This document shows positions 37,343 through 44,744 of a stretch of DNA of 58,581 bases, piece by piece. The notes beneath the pieces are model-generated. The model did not search any database. It was given only the letters and a program-made list of their open reading frames with translations, and was not told where the DNA came from. The stretch is from positions 64,001 through 122,581 of the IMG/VR virus record IMGVR_UViG_3300033993_002218, one strand, 5' to 3'. The position numbers and the translations under genes were made by a program. The stretch's first letter is position 1; every line of letters begins with the position of its first letter. This stretch comes from a virus. Taxonomy: Duplodnaviria; Heunggongvirae; Uroviricota; Caudoviricetes.

Positions 37343-38054
37343 ACTGTTCCAGTTTATCTCTAACAAACTCTCTAATGTATTCGGTGAGTAGTTTGATGTA
37401 CTTTGATTTGTCATATTCTTCATAGACGACGCATTCTCCATTTTCGCAAGCCATAATGATTACCAGTTTTTTAACAGAAATACCTGTTAGTTCATACAGC
37501 ATACAACCATATGCCATACATTGAACAAAATAATGTTCAATCCACTCGCGTGGTTTTGGTTTTTTAGAAGTTTTAAAGTCAATTATTGCCAGTTCGCCAT
37601 CAAACTCCCCTATACAGTCAACAGTACCTGCAATTCCAAGAACTTTGCTGTATAAAGACCCTTCAAGAGCATGAATATTATTTATACGATTCAGATCTTT
37701 CTTAGCAATATCAAATAAAAACTGAGATAAAGGTTGAACTTCTGGAAGATCATCATTCTTCAAATGATGCTCAACTAGCGTGTGCATATCTGTTCCACGA
37801 CTAGTTGCTTGTTGCGTGATCTTGTCTGCTTCTTTGTCGCCAACCTTTTTGCGCCATTTAACAAATACCTGGCGATTTTTATGACTGGTAACAGAAGTAA
37901 TCGAAACTAATCTTAAAAGTTGATCTAAATCTGGAACCTTATAATATCGAATGCCATCTATAGTCTCCCTTTCTAACTTAGGGAGTTCAATATCAACATG
38001 ATTAAATTTTTGACCATGAATTTCATTATATTTTTCAATCAAAGAGTTTGTCAT
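37329..38054 (-). CDS. PD-(D/E)XK exonuclease (Cas4-like fold)
   Basis: SITSVT...RGT.MH..VE...IAGTVDCIGEFDGELAIIDFKTS...YFVQC.AY. Confidence 0.85.
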   Translation of the reverse strand: MTNSLIEKYNEIHGQKFNHVDIELPKLERETIDGIRYYKVPDLDQLLRLVSITSVTSHKNRQVFVKWRKKVGDKEADKITQQATSRGTDMHTLVEHHLKNDDLPEVQPLSQFLFDIAKKDLNRINNIHALEGSLYSKVLGIAGTVDCIGEFDGELAIIDFKTSKKPKPREWIEHYFVQCMAYGCMLYELTGISVKKLVIIMACENGECVVYEEYDKSKYIKLLTEYIREFVRDKLEQYGTK

Positions 38055-38806
38055 TAAAATCCAGCATCTATTTTTGCAATAATGTATTCTTTAACAAGTC
38101 CAGAACGAACAATGTCTTCTACACCAAATTCAATTATATCAAAAGAAGGCATTTTACGCAAGACTGTCATAAAATCTACAATACCATTACGCTCATTTGT
38201 TTTTACAAGATCTGATTGAGTTCCGTCTCCACAAAAACAAATTTTTGTATTTTCACCAACACGAGTGATAATAGAATCCAATTCATGGAAATTAAGATTT
38301 TGAAACTCATCTACAATAATAATAGCATTGTCAAGAGTTGTTCCACGAAGAAATGAAGTGCTCCAGAACTTAATCGTTTCTTGTGATTTTAGATTGCCAT
38401 AGAGCATTTCAAAGTCAACATCGGAAGGCATCTGAAACATATACTTCACCATATTCTTATAAGGAATTTGGTAGATATCTGCCTTATCATCATGTGTTCC
38501 TGGAAGAAACCCGATCTCACGGGTTGCAACTAATGAACGAACAAGATAAATTTTTTCATAAGGAGTTCTTTCATCAAGAACATCTTTCAAAGCATTGAAT
38601 AGAGTAATAAAAGTTTTACCAGTTCCGGCACATCCATAAGCAACAACATGTTTACCTTCGGCATAAGAATCAAAAAGTCTTCTTTGATTATTAGTAAGAG
38701 GATCAATATCAATTAAATATTCACTACTTAATGGTTTTTTACGCTTTGATTGACGAGTGGTAAGACCAACACCGATTGGTTGATCTGCTCTTTTTCTTCT
38801 TGCCAT
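38054..38806 (-). CDS. phoH: PhoH-family ATPase
   Basis: Walker A GCAGTGKT; REIGFLPG; TSFLRGTTL; DEFQN; GD..QSDL. Confidence 0.93.
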   Translation of the reverse strand: MARRKRADQPIGVGLTTRQSKRKKPLSSEYLIDIDPLTNNQRRLFDSYAEGKHVVAYGCAGTGKTFITLFNALKDVLDERTPYEKIYLVRSLVATREIGFLPGTHDDKADIYQIPYKNMVKYMFQMPSDVDFEMLYGNLKSQETIKFWSTSFLRGTTLDNAIIIVDEFQNLNFHELDSIITRVGENTKICFCGDGTQSDLVKTNERNGIVDFMTVLRKMPSFDIIEFGVEDIVRSGLVKEYIIAKIDAGF

Positions 38807-39054
38807 TAGATTTTCTTTACAGTTGATTTTGGTGCTTTGCTTGCACGATCTAAAACTTCATTCCATCCTGGATTTCTTGCGATGAGTTTATCTTTCCATT
38901 CACCGACTTCTCCGGGAGAAGGGCAAGTAGAAGGATCAGACCAGTCACGAGTCCAGTCTGAATTATCTATTTTCCACTGATCCCAGGCGTGGACACTCAT
39001 TTCCACTTCTTTCTGTTCACCAGTTTTTGTATTCACTACAGGATATGTTGCCAT
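38806..39054 (-). CDS. Conserved T4-like small protein
   Basis: MATYPVVNTKTGE...; usual neighbour upstream of phoH in cyanophages. Confidence 0.65.
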   Translation of the reverse strand: MATYPVVNTKTGEQKEVEMSVHAWDQWKIDNSDWTRDWSDPSTCPSPGEVGEWKDKLIARNPGWNEVLDRASKAPKSTVKKI

Positions 39055-39082
39055 AAGTTACAAATTCAAGATAATTTATTTA

Positions 39083-39835
39083 TTATGGACTCAACCGTGC
39101 TTTATGAAGACGCTTTTCTTCATAATAACCCCAAACATTTGGTGCCCATTTTTGAATTTCGGGAGCAATTTGTTCACTTAATGCCTGAATTTCAAGTTGA
39201 GCATCCAACTTAGCACGAAGATCAAGAATATGAAGAATAGAACGAAGATTGCAAGAAACTACAAAGTTTTGACGAATTCCTTGTGCTAGACCATCACGAA
39301 TATGTTCTTCACACATTCCCTTTTCATACTTCACAGCATAACGCTTACATCCTTCTACATACCATTTCATCTCATCATCATAATCTTCTTGAGTCCATTC
39401 ATACTTCTTACCCTTACGATTGGTATAGAAACCAGGAGGACGAGAATAGAAAACTTCATCAGGTTTCAATTCTCCTTGTGCCACCTTCACAACTCTCTTA
39501 CCAGTGTATCGTTGAGATTGAACATCAAACGTCACACCTACCCTGTGAGTCCTTGCTTGCACCATAACGTTGTGGACATACCCAGACACCGAGAATGTAA
39601 TACCGGGGTGTTCTACAGGTCCCCAGTGCCCTCTCTCGTTGCTTAGAAGTTGCTCCACAATCCACTCACCACACTTCTGCGGTGTAGGAATTTGTTGATG
39701 ATGAATAGGAATTTCCGAATAGTCACACTTTCCTGCTTGGTAAATTACCTGCTCTGGAATTGGATATCCTTGAAGTTTTACTACTTCAAGTCTCTTATCA
39801 AGTTCAAGAAGATCTTTTGCTTTAATAGGTCTCAT
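39083..39835 (-). CDS. thyX: FAD-dependent thymidylate synthase ThyX
   Basis: GHWGPVEH; ARTHRVGVTFDVQSQRY; EH.RD.L.Q; NLRS.LH.LDLR. Confidence 0.9.
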   Translation of the reverse strand: MRPIKAKDLLELDKRLEVVKLQGYPIPEQVIYQAGKCDYSEIPIHHQQIPTPQKCGEWIVEQLLSNERGHWGPVEHPGITFSVSGYVHNVMVQARTHRVGVTFDVQSQRYTGKRVVKVAQGELKPDEVFYSRPPGFYTNRKGKKYEWTQEDYDDEMKWYVEGCKRYAVKYEKGMCEEHIRDGLAQGIRQNFVVSCNLRSILHILDLRAKLDAQLEIQALSEQIAPEIQKWAPNVWGYYEEKRLHKARLSP

Positions 39836-39999
39836 TTCTTTCCAAATCCTTTTGATGTTTTTGCTTCAAGTTCTGCAAGTTCTTGTTTTACAACTCGCAA
39901 TTGTTGTTTCATTTCTACCAGTTGCTCATCAGAATAAAGATGATCTTGTTTACTCAATCTTTCAAGCAACTTTACCAGTTCTTTTGCTCTATTCGTCAT
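39832..39999 (-). CDS. Small coiled-coil hypothetical protein, 55 aa
   Basis: Manual translation: MTNRAKELVKLLERLSKQDHLYSDEQLVEMKQQLRVVKQELAELEAKTSKGFGKK; ATGA overlap with thyX. Confidence 0.65.
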   Translation of the reverse strand: MTNRAKELVKLLERLSKQDHLYSDEQLVEMKQQLRVVKQELAELEAKTSKGFGKK

Positions 40000-40162
40000 C
40001 TAAATCACTATCCTCAAAAATTTCGTCATAATCTAAAACTGCCCGTTTTCTCATCGGTTCCATAGGAGTATAAGCAGAAACATCAGAATAGATTTCTGCC
40101 TTTAATGAATCCACAAGCAATTCCATATTACGAACAATAAGTTTTAATTTTTCTTTGTCCAT
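39989..40162 (-). CDS. Conserved cyanophage hypothetical protein
   Basis: MDKEKLKLIVRNMELLVDSLKAEIYSD... Confidence 0.65.
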   Translation of the reverse strand: MDKEKLKLIVRNMELLVDSLKAEIYSDVSAYTPMEPMRKRAVLDYDEIFEDSDLDDE

Positions 40163-40183
40163 ATCTTGTAATACTCTCATCTC

Positions 40184-40219
40184 ATTTTACATAAAAAAAG
40201 GGAGGATGTCAATCCTCCC
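40184..40219 (-). terminator. Intrinsic terminator overlapping a sigma70 promoter
   Basis: GGGAGGA-TTGACA-TCCTCCC-T7. The loop is the -35 of TTGACA-17 nt-TAAAAT. Confidence 0.8.
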
Positions 40220-40223
40220 AGTT

Positions 40224-40325
40224 TCAGGCAACTTGTGGTTTTTTTGCCATATTCAGTTGTGCTACTTGAAGGAGTTTTTCCTTCTTTGCTTTTGTTTTGA
40301 GATAGCGAACGAAATAAGTGTTCAT
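40224..40325 (-). CDS. Basic 33-aa peptide translationally coupled to the DUF4278 gene
   Basis: MNTYFVRYLKTKAKKEKLLQVAQLNMAKKPQVA; strong AAGGAGG Shine-Dalgarno and ATGA overlap. Confidence 0.65.
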   Translation of the reverse strand: MNTYFVRYLKTKAKKEKLLQVAQLNMAKKPQVA

Positions 40326-40459
40326 TTGTGCCCCTCCTTTACATACTTAATACCACGATAGGTTTCGTTGTATTGTTGGGGTTGCTGCATCATTTGCTGT
40401 TGGTATTCAATACGCTTTTGGGTATCATATTCAACACCACGATATACGACTTTGGACAT
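40322..40459 (-). CDS. DUF4278-family micro-protein, 45 aa
   Basis: MSKVVYRGVEYDTQKRIEYQQQMMQQPQQYNETYRGIKYVKEGHK, with two YRG(V/I)xY motifs; AAGGAG Shine-Dalgarno. Confidence 0.8.
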   Translation of the reverse strand: MSKVVYRGVEYDTQKRIEYQQQMMQQPQQYNETYRGIKYVKEGHK

Positions 40460-40488
40460 TAGGTTTGCTCCTTTACTTTTTAGGTATT

Positions 40489-40539
40489 GGTGCGTTGCTT
40501 CCCAAATGGTACTTCCGTCGCGTGTGCGATCAACGTACT
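40489..40539 (-). ncRNA. Glutamine riboswitch (glnA RNA motif)
   Basis: CGUUG(P1)-A-UCGC-ACAC-GCGA(P2)-C-GGAAGUA-CCA-UU-UGG(P3)-GAAG-CAACG(P1'): a three-way junction with E-loop matching the glnA motif, upstream of DUF4278. Confidence 0.82.
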
Positions 40540-40543
40540 GTAT

Positions 40544-40579
40544 ATATTAGCATAAAATCAAAAAAGTAGCAACTGATAC
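40544..40579 (-). promoter_or_regulatory. Sigma70-type promoter with overlapping NtcA box
   Basis: TTGCTA-17 nt-(TGC)TAATAT; GTA-GCAACTGA-TAC (GTA-N8-TAC) at 40566-40579 covers the -35. Confidence 0.6.
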
Positions 40580-40662
40580 CAAAACTGTATCATGCTGCTA
40601 CCTTTTTAAAAAACTATCGCGTGAGAAATTTTTGGGGGAAATTTTTTGCCCCCTCAGGGAAA

Positions 40663-41010
40663 TCACTTTCGCTTTTTAGTTTTGGAGGGTGAAGATTTAT
40701 ATCCCCAAAGTCTTGGATTAACTCTACCGTATCCCCAATCAATTTTTTTCACGGCGTTAGGGCCAAATTTATCATAATACAAATCAAAGATGCGAACTCT
40801 TGTTCCTCTACAAAGATCCATGCATCTATTTCCATCAACTTCGTAAACTACAATATAAGCATCAGTAGGAAAAGATGGATCCTTTATAGTTTCATTTGTA
40901 GCATTTTCTAGTAAAATTTCACATCCATATTTGGGAGGAATATCTTTTTTTTCTTCTGGTGTCCATTCCATTTTGAGTGTTTCCTCTTTTACACTACTAA
41001 CTGTGCTCAC
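40663..41010 (-). CDS. Conserved cyanophage hypothetical protein
   Basis: DLCRGTRVRIFDLYYDK...WGYGRVNPRLWG; probable GTG start overlapping the upstream stop. Confidence 0.6.
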   Translation of the reverse strand: MSTVSSVKEETLKMEWTPEEKKDIPPKYGCEILLENATNETIKDPSFPTDAYIVVYEVDGNRCMDLCRGTRVRIFDLYYDKFGPNAVKKIDWGYGRVNPRLWGYKSSPSKTKKRK

Positions 41011-41621
41011 GAACGACCCCCCCATTGAATGTCGGGATATGCTTCAGAAATAATTTCCTTGGTAATTTTATACTTAGTTTGAAGTTTCTTATCCTTACAA
41101 AGACACAAAATTTCTGCTTCCAAAGGATGAAGACCTTCTAAAATATTAATGAACATCGTTTCTCTACGAAGAGAACTCAATGAATCATTTCCTCCCTTTA
41201 CAAAATTATATAATTTTGTATATTCTTTACGAATTGTAGATCTTCCTTGATCCTGAGATCCAAGTGAATTACTTCCAATTTCTTGCATTTTTACTACAGC
41301 ATCATCAATTTTTTCAGAAAGAGTTCCACTGAAAGAATTTTGCTCACCAACACTAGAATATGGAACTTCCCCTGGAGGAAGCAATGATACTATGGTTTCA
41401 TCAAAATTCCAAATAAAAATTGCCTTTAAAGAACTATCTTCGTATTTCTTTAAAATTTCTACTTTCTTAGAATTTGTTCTTTGCTTAGAAACAAAATTTA
41501 GTACTTCAAAAATAAAAGGATTTTTTGGTAATTCTAAATTTTCAGAATTTACTACTTTCAACTGATTTGTTTTTGGTTTAGTAGTAGTTTTTTTTGTTAC
41601 TGTCATACTCATAAAAATCAA
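41007..41621 (-). CDS. Conserved T4-like hypothetical protein
   Basis: LYNFVKGGND.LS.LRRETMFINILEGLHP.EAE...YP. Confidence 0.7.
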   Translation of the reverse strand: MIFMSMTVTKKTTTKPKTNQLKVVNSENLELPKNPFIFEVLNFVSKQRTNSKKVEILKKYEDSSLKAIFIWNFDETIVSLLPPGEVPYSSVGEQNSFSGTLSEKIDDAVVKMQEIGSNSLGSQDQGRSTIRKEYTKLYNFVKGGNDSLSSLRRETMFINILEGLHPLEAEILCLCKDKKLQTKYKITKEIISEAYPDIQWGGRS

Positions 41622-41644
41622 AGTTTATATTAATTTAAAAATAT

Positions 41645-41875
41645 TTAGTCTTCTTCATCATCAAGTTCTTCATCATCAAAAAAGTCTGGATTGAAACTTA
41701 TTGCAAGAACCTCATCAGGAATAACATTTCCATTATCATCAAAAAATTCTGGATGAAGTTTTGGTCTATCTTGATAATTCATCATATATTCTCTCGCAAC
41801 CCAACCACCAATAAGTCCGACTATGAGAAACATTACAATTAAAAAAGAACCGAGAACTAAACTAACTGCTAACAT
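41645..41875 (-). CDS. Small membrane protein
   Basis: N-terminal hydrophobic helix followed by HPEFFD.NGN. Confidence 0.65.
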   Translation of the reverse strand: MLAVSLVLGSFLIVMFLIVGLIGGWVAREYMMNYQDRPKLHPEFFDDNGNVIPDEVLAISFNPDFFDDEELDDEED

Positions 41876-41892
41876 TTCTTTTCTCCGGGAAA

Positions 41893-42120
41893 TTACTTTT
41901 TCTTGTTCCTAGACTTTAAGGAAAATTCAAAATAGATAGTTACTTCCCGATTTAGAAAGCAAAATATCTTTTCAAAAATAATATGAAATGGTTGAATTTG
42001 CTTTCTTTTTCCTCCATGGAGTAAAACTTCAACACCACGATTTCTGTGGTCATTATTATTTAGGTTTGTATTAGACAATTTTTTGTTCTTTAAGATATTC
42101 AATAGTATCTGTACAACCAC
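41893..42120 (-). CDS. Hypothetical protein (start uncertain)
   Basis: NRGVEVLL...FEFSL resembles a recurrent cyanophage ORF; the true start is probably downstream (TTG). Confidence 0.45.
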   Translation of the reverse strand: MVVQILLNILKNKKLSNTNLNNNDHRNRGVEVLLHGGKRKQIQPFHIIFEKIFCFLNREVTIYFEFSLKSRNKKK

Positions 42121-42307
42121 CTAGTTTCTTATCATCACAAAGCACTTGAGGAAATGTTGATCCTTCACCAAATTCAGAATAAAATTCTTCTCTGGTGAAG
42201 TCTTCATTTAGATTATAAACCACAAAGTTACTTCCTGTCAACTCCAAAACTTGTTTAATCTTATAGCAGTATGGGCAATTATCTTTGGTATATACGGTAA
42301 AATTCAT
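42071..42307 (-). CDS. grx: Glutaredoxin
   Basis: YTKDNCPYC...STFPQV...LGGC.D. Confidence 0.92.
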   Translation of the reverse strand: MNFTVYTKDNCPYCYKIKQVLELTGSNFVVYNLNEDFTREEFYSEFGEGSTFPQVLCDDKKLGGCTDTIEYLKEQKIV

Positions 42308-42376
42308 ATTTCGGCAAAATTTTTATGGTTAATATTATACCACATTTTAATGCAGTATGCAATAAATTAGAGAATT

Positions 42377-42844
42377 TTATAAACCTCTTGGGAATACTTG
42401 TCCAACACTTGGTCTCACTACCACTCCACCTCCAGTAGTTCCTACTCCAACAAAAATACTATTTTTCCAAATTGGAAGCATGGTGCTACGATCAATTTCG
42501 GTTGATCCATAAGATACAGTAGACAATATTCCACTGATTTGTATAGTTTCAGTAACTCCACTATTCAATATAAATGGTGCAGAATAGGCAGTAGTAGAAT
42601 TGGCAATTGAAATTGAAGCATTAGTATTCAGACCAACAATACCTATAGTTTGAGTGAATCCGGTTTCTGTAGATCCTACGGAAACCATCATCATCGTTGC
42701 TCCTATTGCAGAAACAGTTTGAGTGAATCCGGTTTCTGTAGATCCTACAGAAACCATCATCATCGTTGCTCCTATTGCAACAGTTTGAGTAAATCCAGTT
42801 TCTGTAGAACCAACTGAAATAGTTCCTATTCCCAAATATGCCAT
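42377..42844 (-). CDS. Hypothetical protein with 22-23-aa internal repeats
   Basis: VGSTETGFTQT occurs three times, separated by AIGATMMMVS. Confidence 0.6.
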   Translation of the reverse strand: MAYLGIGTISVGSTETGFTQTVAIGATMMMVSVGSTETGFTQTVSAIGATMMMVSVGSTETGFTQTIGIVGLNTNASISIANSTTAYSAPFILNSGVTETIQISGILSTVSYGSTEIDRSTMLPIWKNSIFVGVGTTGGGVVVRPSVGQVFPRGL

Positions 42845-43767
42845 CAGTTAGATGTCCTAATCCAAAGATCAATAGGTCTATTGGTATTATAGTTTGACAA
42901 GCAAGTATAAGTTATACCATTAAGTTCTACAGTATCACCCCAAACACCAGTATAACTATTAGATATCAGAAGACTTTGTGAGATTTTTCCCAAATAATGA
43001 ACATCACCATATTGAGAATATGGTCTAAAGAAATATCCAGAAGTATTTGCACCATCAAACGGCGATGGATAATCTAAACTACGTGTTCCACTTAAAAATA
43101 ATCCTTTTTGAGGAATTCCAACATCTTTAATGGGAACTTTAAAATTAGCATAGTTAGAACCAAGAGAAATACTAATCCACTTCGAAATTCCAGAAGACGG
43201 ATAATAAGATCCTGATTCTAAATCATCCGTATCAAGTCTAAAAATTCCACGAACAATATTTCCATTTGGACTACTAAAAGCATAAATGAACCATGGAAGA
43301 TTGCCAGATGCTTCATATGCGACAAAAGATTCTGAACCATTTGTACCAAATTCTTCTGCGCCAGTTCCTTCTCCACCACCCGGAGTATATGAATATGAAC
43401 CATACCCATTAATTTCACTTCCAGGAGTTCTCCCATAATAACTGAGTCCTGAAGGTCTTAAAGGGGTTGATTGAGATGTAGTACCACTAGTAGAATCCGC
43501 TCTTCTTGGATGAAACAGTATTCCCCAATCAGATCCAGTATCCCCATCACGAGTTTGCAAAACCCAAGCAACTCCAGAAGCACCAGATTTAGATGTAGCA
43601 TCATTTGGAGTTGCTTGAATATTAATAATACTTGAATCACCTATAGCAGTTACCCAAGCATCTAATTCTTGATGTAGTTTATATGAGGGATCAGATGAAA
43701 CCCATCCGGTGCTAGTGATCCAGTTTGCATCTGCAGCGGTGGTCCAAGTTGTAGTTGCGATTGCCAT
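42844..43767 (-). CDS. Hypothetical (virion-like) protein, paralog A
   Basis: Homologous over its full length to 43812-44741. Confidence 0.7.
   Translation of the reverse strand: MAIATTTWTTAADANWITSTGWVSSDPSYKLHQELDAWVTAIGDSSIINIQATPNDATSKSGASGVAWVLQTRDGDTGSDWGILFHPRRADSTSGTTSQSTPLRPSGLSYYGRTPGSEINGYGSYSYTPGGGEGTGAEEFGTNGSESFVAYEASGNLPWFIYAFSSPNGNIVRGIFRLDTDDLESGSYYPSSGISKWISISLGSNYANFKVPIKDVGIPQKGLFLSGTRSLDYPSPFDGANTSGYFFRPYSQYGDVHYLGKISQSLLISNSYTGVWGDTVELNGITYTCLSNYNTNRPIDLWIRTSN
43491..43683. repeat. 193-bp direct repeat, copy 1 (identical to 44465-44657)
   Basis: Manual base-by-base comparison. Confidence 0.85.
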
Positions 43768-43811
43768 TTTGCTATCCTTAGTTTGTATTTTAATTTATAT
43801 AGATGAATTTT

Positions 43812-44741
43812 TCAATTTACTTTAATCCATAATTGTGAAACTACACCAGAAACAGTATAATTACCTAAGCAAATATAATCTGAAGATTCAATATTAATTG
43901 AATCTCCCCAAACACCAGTAGATGAATTTGAAACTAAAAGATCTTGAGTTATCTTACCAATATAATGAACATCTCCATATTGAGGTAATGTTCTAAAGAA
44001 AAATCCAGCAGTATTTGCATTATTTACAGGACCTTTTGACACAAAATTCAAATATCCTGATAGATATAATCCTTTAAAAGGAAGTCCTAGATTTTTTATT
44101 GGAGACCAATAATATGAAATTGCACCACTATTATCAGCATAGAAATATATCCATTTTGAAATACCAGATGGTGGATAATACGAATTTGGAGTTAAATCAT
44201 CAGTATTTAATCTAAACATTCCATATATTCTTCTATCAGTTTTAGCAGAATTTTCATAAGAATATAAAAACCAAGGAGTATCTCCAGTTGCATCATATGC
44301 AGTAAAAAAGTTTGCGGCAGATCCAAGTGTTTCAGCACTTAATGCAGCATATCCAAATACTGAGAATGATCCATAACCATTATTTGAACTTCCAGATGTT
44401 CTTCCATAATAATTGTGCCCAGTACCACCTAAATTAGGCCATTGATCTGTATAATAAGAAGGATTAGAATCCGCTCTTCTTGGATGAAACAGTATTCCCC
44501 AATCAGATCCAGTATCCCCATCACGAGTTTGCAAAACCCAAGCAACTCCAGAAGCACCAGATTTAGATGTAGCATCATTTGGAGTTGCTTGAATATTAAT
44601 AATACTTGAATCACCTATAGCAGTTACCCAAGCATCTAATTCTTGATGTAGTTTATACGCAGGGTCAGATGAAACCCATCCGGTGCTAGTGATCCAGTTT
44701 GTATCTACAGTGGTGTTCCAAGTTTGTGTTACAACAGCCAT
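43812..44741 (-). CDS. Hypothetical (virion-like) protein, paralog B
   Basis: Shares YKLHQELDAW...HPRRADS identically with paralog A. Confidence 0.7.
   Translation of the reverse strand: MAVVTQTWNTTVDTNWITSTGWVSSDPAYKLHQELDAWVTAIGDSSIINIQATPNDATSKSGASGVAWVLQTRDGDTGSDWGILFHPRRADSNPSYYTDQWPNLGGTGHNYYGRTSGSSNNGYGSFSVFGYAALSAETLGSAANFFTAYDATGDTPWFLYSYENSAKTDRRIYGMFRLNTDDLTPNSYYPPSGISKWIYFYADNSGAISYYWSPIKNLGLPFKGLYLSGYLNFVSKGPVNNANTAGFFFRTLPQYGDVHYIGKITQDLLVSNSSTGVWGDSINIESSDYICLGNYTVSGVVSQLWIKVN
44465..44657. repeat. 193-bp direct repeat, copy 2
   Basis: Identical to 43491-43683. Confidence 0.85.
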
Positions 44742-44744
44742 TTA

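Noticed and set aside
37329-38054. Cas4-like nuclease as evidence of a CRISPR system
   Set aside because: Standard T4-like cyanophage exonuclease between phoH and gp33; no cas1/cas2 or array in the window.
42844-44741. Paralog repeat as a diversity-generating retroelement TR/VR pair
   Set aside because: No reverse transcriptase in the window. The shared block is identical, N-terminal and coding in both copies, and flanking differences are not adenine-specific.
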